The notes under the pieces were generated by a model that made no database searches, was not told the DNA's origin, and worked only from the letters and a program-made list of their open reading frames with translations. From a virus (taxonomy: Duplodnaviria; Caudoviricetes): 64,000 nucleotides of DNA. Numbering within the stretch: position 1 is the stretch's first letter; each line of letters begins with the position of its first letter. The stretch spans positions 1-64,000 of IMG/VR virus record IMGVR_UViG_3300031998_000003; one strand, given 5' to 3'. Below are positions 49,239 to 56,977 of the stretch, one piece after another. The position numbers were made by a program, and so were the translations under genes.

Positions 49239-49820
49239 ATGAAAATGACCAGACTCGAAGTATTGGAAAAGGAACTCTCGACGCTTCAAGAAAGTTCCAA
49301 AAGAATTTCAAACATGTTCGGGGCACAGTATGTCCCGCAGGAGATCTTATCAGAGATCGATAAAGTAAACACCTCTATTGCAGCCGCAAGAAAAGAAGCT
49401 GAAGACGCCGCAAAAATAAACCATATTCTGAATAATGTCATGACGGCAAGCGGCATGGAAAGCCGTAAAAATTCCATATGGAATCCCGCACACTATAATG
49501 ACGTCGATTTCTACTATGGAACATCGACATCAGGTACATACCAGACAGCTAGTATAAAGCTTGTATGGGATCTCGATGATGAGATCCATCAGGCTTATAC
49601 GGTGACCGCATTCAAGATCAACGTCACCGAAAAAACATACGATCTCGGTGACATTGATACCATACTTAAAGCCGTTGCCGATCAGCTCAGCTCGGATCAG
49701 GATGCCAAGTGGTATAACACAGCTGCGATAAAATACAGTGTTGATACGATCGAGGCGGTTCTGAATAAGCAGGGATACAAACGGCGAGAGGCCGAAAGCC
49801 GGCAGATCACTGTCAGCTAA
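49239..49820 (+). CDS. Hypothetical protein
   Basis: RBS GAGGAGG. Confidence 0.7.
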   Translation: MKMTRLEVLEKELSTLQESSKRISNMFGAQYVPQEILSEIDKVNTSIAAARKEAEDAAKINHILNNVMTASGMESRKNSIWNPAHYNDVDFYYGTSTSGTYQTASIKLVWDLDDEIHQAYTVTAFKINVTEKTYDLGDIDTILKAVADQLSSDQDAKWYNTAAIKYSVDTIEAVLNKQGYKRREAESRQITVS

Positions 49821-49967
49821 TTGACATCTTCGGGGATTAGGGGAGAAAAAGGGGGAGGCTGTTGAGAGCGCTTGACCGGCTCTATACCTCCCCCGCCTCC
49901 GTAATGTCCCCTTACAAAAATCTGAAATAACATGTGCCCGTAAGGGTAAGAAAGGTAAGGTACAATT

Positions 49968-50573
49968 ATGAAAAATGCAAATATAGAACAGCGTCTCGAT
50001 ACCCTGCGTGAGCTTTCGCAGAAAGCCATCCAGGAGATGGTTGCAATCGAGCTGGAACTGTCAGCAATTCAAAACGAAATGCTGAGATCTGTCATCGATA
50101 ACGACGAGCAGCGACAGATGGAGCTCATCGATCAGATTCGTGAGTATGGTCTGTGTGATCCGCAGGCGACCACGCAGGAATGCATGGACATACTCGCGGA
50201 CATCATCAAAGATTTTTCCGACCTGGTTATCGACGCTTCCGCGGAGATCCCACAGTTCTTCAACCTCCGCACGTTGGTTGGTGCTAAAAAGCGCTGTCCG
50301 TCGTGTGGATCGGAATTGCTCGACACTGACGAGTACTGCCATGAATGTGGCAGCCATGTGGGTGCTGAGCGGCCGTATGTTGAGGGACCCACAATTCACT
50401 GCAATAAGTGTCACAGCTGTGGTCATACCTATAATGCTGAGTATAAGCATTGCCCGCAGTGTGGGACAGCCGCAAGTGATCAGCCTTCCAGTCTGGCAGC
50501 TCACTACAAGAGCGAGCTCGATGCGTATAAGCATCCTGATAAACAGGACGGCTTCCATGATTACGACTCATAA
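49968..50573 (+). CDS. Coiled-coil plus double zinc-ribbon protein
   Basis: CPSCG..YCHECG and CHSCG..HCPQCG. Confidence 0.75.
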   Translation: MKNANIEQRLDTLRELSQKAIQEMVAIELELSAIQNEMLRSVIDNDEQRQMELIDQIREYGLCDPQATTQECMDILADIIKDFSDLVIDASAEIPQFFNLRTLVGAKKRCPSCGSELLDTDEYCHECGSHVGAERPYVEGPTIHCNKCHSCGHTYNAEYKHCPQCGTAASDQPSSLAAHYKSELDAYKHPDKQDGFHDYDS

Positions 50574-50584
50574 TGATGAAATGA

Positions 50585-50607
50585 GAGGGGCGCGCAATGC
50601 GCGCCCC
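50585..50607. terminator. Intrinsic terminator between convergent genes
   Basis: GGGGCGCGC-AAT-GCGCGCCCC. Confidence 0.8.
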
Positions 50608-50627
50608 TTTCCTCTTCCGATTTTTTT

Positions 50628-53600
50628 TTATTTTTCCCAGATATCGCGGACCTGTTTCTTCAGTTCCAGAAGAACCTTATTAGCAGCACCTGTAATAAGT
50701 ACTGATGGTATCATTCGTTTTAAAATACTACTCGGGGCTACAAACATTGAGATCTCTTCATCGGGTGTGGATTCTGCATACGGCTCCAATCCTTCAGGAA
50801 TGACCTCGGATATAACCTGCTTAGATGCAGCGTACACAACACACTTATCACCGACAGACACTTCATCATCATGTTCGATGTACACTTCAATCATGACGTC
50901 ACAATTGATACCCTTGATCGACGAACCCTTCAGAGGTTGAGTTGGCAGTGTATACAGTGTGTCAAGCTTATATACAGAATTGCTCTTGTCATGCTTATCA
51001 AGAATTTTTCTTTTCCTGATATTTTCTTTGAAATGATTATCTAGTAGATCGAACAATGATGGCGAAAGTTTATCCATCGACTTGATTGTGTACATTCTGA
51101 CATCAACAACACGTCCCGCATGTTTTGAACGAACGACACGTTTTGCGGTATCAGCAAGATTCGTTCCTGCTTTCTGGAACGCTTGTAGGAATGCATCGAC
51201 TGCTTTGTCACCAGTGTCACCAAGACCAAAGATGATCAACGGATCACCGATTTCAACCTCGTCACCGACTTTGACAACGAACTCCACATCATCTGTTGCT
51301 TCCAACTTGGATGCTTGTTTCATTGTAATGCTGGTAGCAAGCTTCTTGGACATTTTCTCTGTAATTAATCCAGCATCTTCGTATGTCGAATACAAACCAC
51401 AGAATGCGACTTTTGCAAGTGGTCCAATATTCATACGAACCATACCAGAAGAATCCTTCGTGAAGAACTTCTCATGATATGCCAGAATGTCATTTTGCTT
51501 GAAGGAATCATTCACTTCGAAGTTTGTTTTCAGTTTGTTGTCAACATAGAAACCGGAACCAGTATTGAATGAATATCTGTCCATAACAGGAATAGCCTGT
51601 TTGGTACCAGACTTATACTGGACGATCATGTATCCGTCACTGATCTCGAGAACTTTACCATCCTCTTTTGCCATAACAGCAAATTCATCAGACAGATAGG
51701 ATGCCGCAATTTCATCAACACCATTCGAGATCAGAACAGGTTCTGCTTCAGCAGTCGATACGATATGAGATGTTTGTGATGTTGCAATCGCATTACGAAT
51801 AGCATCATCACGAGATACCGTACCCGGTGTCAACAGCTCGGAGAAAGATGCAAGTTGTAAATCATTGTAGTCCGCATCAGGTCCCTGTGTAGATGTGTAA
51901 CCGCGAACAGATTCGATCTTTGGATCAACGGTTAACTGACGATTGATGCCAACACCTGCGGAGTTCGGTGAAGACATTGCCATCTTACCGATCATAGAGT
52001 CTTCATAGGAACGCTTCGTACGAGTGAATGCGCGTTCATTGTTAACGCCACGATATCCTTTCAAAGAAATGGTTTCCTGCTGGTGTAACTCGACCATTGG
52101 ATTCAGTGCGTTGGTCGTTGCAACGGTTTCAATATTACGAAGCTCATTGATCAGATCATTCGGGTTGACAACAAGCTTATTGTCTTTTTTCTTACTACCG
52201 ACACGGTTGTTGTATTTTGAAATTTCTCGTGCCAGAATATAATGAATGATAGCAGGAACGATTTCAGATGAACGAATACGATACAACGCTGAGTTTGTTT
52301 CTCTGGTAAAATTGTTATCAGCTAACATGTTCGCAGCATACAAAAGTAACCCAGCAACCTCATTTGGAACATGATAGTGATTGCATACATCCGCAGTGAT
52401 TGCATCCATGAAGAAATAATACATCGTGATGAATGTTGTCAACTGTGAGTATTGACGGAAGAACATGCTGTTGCAGATATCAACAAACACGGAGTTCGAA
52501 TCCATGATTGGTGTATCAAACTCATCAAAGTTGTAATCCTTCGTATTGATACGATAGAATCCGTTGAAGATCAACTGATTGACGAGTGTGTTTTTAACTG
52601 CGAGCGATTTATCTTTGAACTTGAATACCAGATATCCATTCGTATCTTCACGACCGTTGATGAACTTATATTGTGCATTCGACTTCTTTAACAGTGATGA
52701 GATTCCTTCCCATGCAGCAATCGCAACACCTAACGGAATCAATACACCGATCTTGATTTCAGCATACATTGAGATCTTCGTCGGTTTGATTTTGTCGAAT
52801 ACCTTTCTAATTTCCTCCGGAAGAACTGTCAAAAGAATCTGTGTAATCGAGCGTTCATTTCTGTCAAGACCTGTTTCTGTATTCAGAACAATTGGAACCT
52901 GATTAATCATACCGATACAGAATTCATTTTCATCGACTGTGACAAAGCCGAATTCGCGCAAGCATTGTTCACGGTTGAAGATGATCTTACAGTCAGCTTC
53001 CGGATTTTCGAAAGAATACCAACGTTTTGCATATTCATCATATTCAATCGTCGATACAAATCGAGAGTTTGTCACAGAAGAAGAACCGGTCTTGACATAT
53101 GGGTTTGTTCCATCCGGTTTTGATACGGAATTCACAGCCTTCATCATCTGTGTCAAATCAACCAACGATTTCGTATCATAACGCATGACAGAAATCTTGT
53201 TGTAGTTGGAAGTCAACATTACAAGTTTCTGGTTAATCTTCATGACCGGGATTGGGAAGTCCTGCTTGGTAATGGTATACCATGTTCCATTATGATAGAA
53301 CTTACCATTTTTCATGATCGGGACATACATATTGATGTGAGACTGTGAACCAGTACGCTTGTTCTTCAGATTGATTCGCCAGTTATTCATCAGAGATACC
53401 GGTGATGACATGTCAGTTACTTCAACACCAGTTACGGTGAATCCTTCTGGTAACTTGCCGAGATTCATAAATGTTGCAACGATATCTTGATCCATAACAT
53501 TATCTTCATAGATCTTAGAGATATTCGGGAACGATGAACCCCGCATTGCACCAGTGTTCGTCGTTGTAATACGTAATGGATGAGTTGGTGGTGGAATTGG

Positions 53601-54800
53601 AATATCAGTGACGCTACTGAGCGCGGTCATATCCAGTTTATCCAATTGGATTTTACCAACACCCTGACGCAATTTCAACTCACGTGCATTGGAAGTTGCA
53701 TTCATTGCTGTTGTAGAATTCGCAGCAGCTCTACTACCACTCAATTCCTTAGAAGCTCTGTCAACGATAGCGTTTTCAACAGGATGATCACCACCGGTTG
53801 TCAACTGTGCAGAAATGTGTTTGTAATCATCCAATTTCGATGTATCCGGTGACAAACGGTGTAACAACTGTGCATTGATCTCAAATGTCTTTGCATCATT
53901 CATTGAATCGCGTGTCGTGTTATCCGTTTTGATATCAAATCTCGCTTTCAGCGCCGCAATCGATTGGTTCAAAGACTTTGAATTCTTCGGTTCATCATCG
54001 CCGTCACCTTCAGATTTCAGATCAGCAAGCATTGCATCGATATCCTCGTCGGATGTCAAAGGCGTTCTATTTTGAGACTTGAAAGGAACACCGATCTTTT
54101 CACACATCTGACGAACACCTTCCGAATCAGAAATATCTGACCGAAGATCCATCTTATAATCCATATTTCCTGAACGGAAAATGAAGGTCGTGTCATGCGA
54201 GATTCTGGACTTTGTTCCATTGATTGCAGCCATCAGAACACCATTGATCAAATCCGAACCAACCGCATCGACGTTCTCACCGTCATAGATTTTGAATCGG
54301 TTTGAATCGATAACCCAAATCTTTTTCTTTGTATTTGGGAATAGCTGCATGAACTGAGACATCATGTTCAGAACATTCTGTTCCACATAATCATTAGACA
54401 TACCGCGGACGACTTGATTCAGTTGACGGAATACATCCGATACAGGAACATATGTATTCGTCTGATCCGTCTTGGAAAAGTTTGGTTTTGATACAACCAG
54501 CTGTGGAATCATCTTCTGTTTCTGCAAATACTTCACACGTTCATTGTACTTAGAACTATCGATACCATATTTGAAATCAGCAGTTCCAATTCTTCCCATT
54601 AAAGAATACGGGATGATAATGTTCCGATAGTTGGTTCTTGGTGGCGGCATATGCTTGATCAGTTCCAGATCATATTCATACGAGCCTGACAGAAGAAAGA
54701 CGGTAACACCATCCTTTTGATCAGGCATGCTGTATATCGGAACTTGCGTCAGGTTCTTTCCAGAAGAAAGGTCTGTTGTTTCCTGATAGAACCGTGCCAT
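50628..54800 (-). CDS. Phage multisubunit RNA polymerase beta-like subunit (probably virion RNAP)
   Basis: SPNSAGVGINRQL, DDAIRNAIATSQTSH, STYEDAGLI, VGDEVEIGDPL, VGDKC..AASKQVIS, PSSILKRM correspond to conserved beta regions; N-terminal FYQE motif. Confidence 0.88.
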   Translation of the reverse strand: MARFYQETTDLSSGKNLTQVPIYSMPDQKDGVTVFLLSGSYEYDLELIKHMPPPRTNYRNIIIPYSLMGRIGTADFKYGIDSSKYNERVKYLQKQKMIPQLVVSKPNFSKTDQTNTYVPVSDVFRQLNQVVRGMSNDYVEQNVLNMMSQFMQLFPNTKKKIWVIDSNRFKIYDGENVDAVGSDLINGVLMAAINGTKSRISHDTTFIFRSGNMDYKMDLRSDISDSEGVRQMCEKIGVPFKSQNRTPLTSDEDIDAMLADLKSEGDGDDEPKNSKSLNQSIAALKARFDIKTDNTTRDSMNDAKTFEINAQLLHRLSPDTSKLDDYKHISAQLTTGGDHPVENAIVDRASKELSGSRAAANSTTAMNATSNARELKLRQGVGKIQLDKLDMTALSSVTDIPIPPPTHPLRITTTNTGAMRGSSFPNISKIYEDNVMDQDIVATFMNLGKLPEGFTVTGVEVTDMSSPVSLMNNWRINLKNKRTGSQSHINMYVPIMKNGKFYHNGTWYTITKQDFPIPVMKINQKLVMLTSNYNKISVMRYDTKSLVDLTQMMKAVNSVSKPDGTNPYVKTGSSSVTNSRFVSTIEYDEYAKRWYSFENPEADCKIIFNREQCLREFGFVTVDENEFCIGMINQVPIVLNTETGLDRNERSITQILLTVLPEEIRKVFDKIKPTKISMYAEIKIGVLIPLGVAIAAWEGISSLLKKSNAQYKFINGREDTNGYLVFKFKDKSLAVKNTLVNQLIFNGFYRINTKDYNFDEFDTPIMDSNSVFVDICNSMFFRQYSQLTTFITMYYFFMDAITADVCNHYHVPNEVAGLLLYAANMLADNNFTRETNSALYRIRSSEIVPAIIHYILAREISKYNNRVGSKKKDNKLVVNPNDLINELRNIETVATTNALNPMVELHQQETISLKGYRGVNNERAFTRTKRSYEDSMIGKMAMSSPNSAGVGINRQLTVDPKIESVRGYTSTQGPDADYNDLQLASFSELLTPGTVSRDDAIRNAIATSQTSHIVSTAEAEPVLISNGVDEIAASYLSDEFAVMAKEDGKVLEISDGYMIVQYKSGTKQAIPVMDRYSFNTGSGFYVDNKLKTNFEVNDSFKQNDILAYHEKFFTKDSSGMVRMNIGPLAKVAFCGLYSTYEDAGLITEKMSKKLATSITMKQASKLEATDDVEFVVKVGDEVEIGDPLIIFGLGDTGDKAVDAFLQAFQKAGTNLADTAKRVVRSKHAGRVVDVRMYTIKSMDKLSPSLFDLLDNHFKENIRKRKILDKHDKSNSVYKLDTLYTLPTQPLKGSSIKGINCDVMIEVYIEHDDEVSVGDKCVVYAASKQVISEVIPEGLEPYAESTPDEEISMFVAPSSILKRMIPSVLITGAANKVLLELKKQVRDIWEK

Positions 54801-54844
54801 TTATATTCACTCCTTATCAACGAAATTAAAAGGGAGGTGACGAG

Positions 54845-55012
54845 ATGTCTGAACATCCGTACTATCACACATGTCCCAAATGTGGGGCAAATCTAGACCC
54901 CGGTGAAAGTTGTGATTGTCAGAAAGATTCTGATATTTCATCAACAGTTACCGAAAAGTCCAAGCCTACTAATATAAAGGAGAAACCAAATGAGAAAACT
55001 AGGAATTCATGA
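54845..55012 (+). CDS. Small Zn-binding protein (55 aa)
   Basis: RBS GGAGGTG; YYHTCPKCGANLDPGESCDC; not in the ORF track. Confidence 0.7.
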   Translation: MSEHPYYHTCPKCGANLDPGESCDCQKDSDISSTVTEKSKPTNIKEKPNEKTRNS

Positions 55013-55250
55013 TGTACTCGGGTTCATATGTCTCGAGGATATCACAAACATGCGTGAAGAAATGAATGTTGTCATTTACAACTTTGAATTGAATCCTGCT
55101 GAACGTGTCAGTGAGTTCAAACGTATTATGGAAGAACGATATTCTCATAAATTTACAAAGGAAGAACTTGACGCAACACTCGAATATACACCTGGCACGG
55201 CACCGGAATTGATCAAATTAATCAGAACATATATTTTTGGTCATGACTGA
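54990..55250 (+). CDS. Hypothetical protein
   Basis: RBS AAAGGAG. Confidence 0.65.
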   Translation: MRKLGIHDVLGFICLEDITNMREEMNVVIYNFELNPAERVSEFKRIMEERYSHKFTKEELDATLEYTPGTAPELIKLIRTYIFGHD

Positions 55251-55261
55251 CAAAATAGTAA

Positions 55262-55401
55262 TTCCAGCGGCCGTTGCTTTCCATCAGTTACCCATTCTGA
55301 TGGGCCTCCTTTCTTTATGAAGTCTAGTCAACAACACCGGAACGATAGCCGATGTTGAGCGTGTCACGGGCAAAAGCACGCTGCCGATTCGACCGCTGGA
55401 A
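55262..55401 (-). ncRNA. Candidate structured RNA (~140 nt) with an embedded SD and 3-codon ORF
   Basis: Closing stem TTCCAGCGG/CCGCTGGAA plus three internal stems; wobbles favour the - strand. Confidence 0.5.
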
Positions 55402-55420
55402 GATCTAAAAAAAAAATATT

Positions 55421-55441
55421 GAGGGGGCCTTGAGCCCCCTC
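55421..55441. terminator. Intrinsic terminator
   Basis: GAGGGGGC-CTTGA-GCCCCCTC with an A-tract to the left. Confidence 0.8.
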
Positions 55442-55447
55442 GTAGAT

Positions 55448-56032
55448 TTATTTTTCGTAAAACTCCGCGAGCAGGATGTCACCCGTCATGTTTACAAGGC
55501 GCTGAATTGTCGTAACAGAAATCACCATCTTAACACGTTCTTCATTGGATGATTTCTTCCACTTCGACACAAGCTGAGAAACGTTATTCACGATTGTCGG
55601 TTTCAATGTCTCAGTCATACGTTTGCGGATTTCAGTCGGCGTGATGTCATAACTCTGAACAACCCAATCGAACATCGGTAAGAATGACACATCACCTTCG
55701 AATTCCCATTCATGTTTCGGCATCATGTCCGAATCATATAACGTAACACAACATACCAATGTTGGTTGATGCACACGTAACGATTCAAGAATATCCGATA
55801 GCTTTGTTTGAGAAATCGTATTGGTCTCTGAGTTCAGCAACTTAACCAATCGCTCATTCATAGACCCGGGTTTAATAACGCCATCAGCAACAGCTTTGCA
55901 TAATGCCGTCATCAAAATATCATTATTCACCTTATGTGAAAAATCGATGTCAGGTTTCACAGTTGTTATGTCATGAAGATTGTCCAGGTTTTCCTTCGTA
56001 ATCATAGACATGGCTTCTTCAAGTGTCAACAT
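55448..56032 (-). CDS. Hypothetical protein (early-type)
   Basis: RBS AAAGGAGG; ATATATTATT on the - strand at 56056-56065. Confidence 0.7.
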   Translation of the reverse strand: MLTLEEAMSMITKENLDNLHDITTVKPDIDFSHKVNNDILMTALCKAVADGVIKPGSMNERLVKLLNSETNTISQTKLSDILESLRVHQPTLVCCVTLYDSDMMPKHEWEFEGDVSFLPMFDWVVQSYDITPTEIRKRMTETLKPTIVNNVSQLVSKWKKSSNEERVKMVISVTTIQRLVNMTGDILLAEFYEK

Positions 56033-56081
56033 GTGTTACCACCTCCTTTCACGAAAATAATATATGTATAAAATAGCAAGA

Positions 56082-56109
56082 ATATGGTGGGGCCGAAGCC
56101 CCACCATAT
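56082..56109 (-). terminator. Intrinsic terminator
   Basis: ATATGGTGGGGC-CGAA-GCCCCACCATAT. Confidence 0.8.
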
Positions 56110-56116
56110 ATCTCAT

Positions 56117-56962
56117 TTATTTGAAGTAATCGAAGAATCCTTCCTGGATTGGACGCGGTTGCTGCCACTTATCGATACGAGTCGCAGTGGGATCCATCTT
56201 GAACAGATAATCCATTTCGGTCAGACAGAACTCGACGATTGCAAGCTCCATGCTCTGCTCCTGTGTGATCGGAATCTTTTGTACGGCAGCTTCTGTCATG
56301 ATCGTCTGATGAATGTTCATTATGACGGATTCAGACTGGACATCCTCACCTGCAACATCACCGCCCTCAGCATTTGCATCCTGAGTTTCAGTGCTCTTTG
56401 CAGTGAGTTTCTCATCCAGATCATCGAATACCGGAGCATCGTTTGACTGGGTGATCTCCTTAGCGACATCATCAACAACCTTACGAGAAACGATGTCACG
56501 AAGCTTCTTACGAAGTGTTTCGTAATTATCGATTTCCGGGAGTTCTTTCTTCATGTTTGCAATGTCGTTTGTGAATGCATCATCCTGAACTTCAGAGACC
56601 TTGGTCGTAACCTTTTCAGTCTTGTCATCGATCTCCTGGATGATGTTATTCAGCAATGGAGACTTCAGTTTGTCACAGGACTTACAGAGATAATCATAGC
56701 ATCCACAGCCGTATTCGTCACGAATGTGCTGCATAATGGAATGATCGATCATTCCATCAAGATCCTTTGTTTCATCATGCATCATAGCCGAGATCAAGTC
56801 TCTCAGAACATACATAGAAAGCTTCTCACGAAACTTTCCAGCATCGAATGTCTGCGGCTGTTTGACACCCATGTTCTGATGCATGGTAGAATTGACGGTA
56901 TTCGGGAATTTGTTATTCGCACCGTCAATGATATTATCGAGCATGCTCTTAATATCGGGCAT
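56117..56962 (-). CDS. Probable head/virion protein
   Basis: Follows the 886-aa head protein; IIQE and PIQEGFF motifs. Confidence 0.6.
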   Translation of the reverse strand: MPDIKSMLDNIIDGANNKFPNTVNSTMHQNMGVKQPQTFDAGKFREKLSMYVLRDLISAMMHDETKDLDGMIDHSIMQHIRDEYGCGCYDYLCKSCDKLKSPLLNNIIQEIDDKTEKVTTKVSEVQDDAFTNDIANMKKELPEIDNYETLRKKLRDIVSRKVVDDVAKEITQSNDAPVFDDLDEKLTAKSTETQDANAEGGDVAGEDVQSESVIMNIHQTIMTEAAVQKIPITQEQSMELAIVEFCLTEMDYLFKMDPTATRIDKWQQPRPIQEGFFDYFK

Positions 56963-56977
56963 TATGATTCACTCCTT

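Noticed and set aside
55281-55310. Hammerhead ribozyme suggested by CTGATG
   Set aside because: The core would need CUGAnGA and a correctly placed GAAA with three stems; here it reads CTGATGG and is paired in a hairpin.
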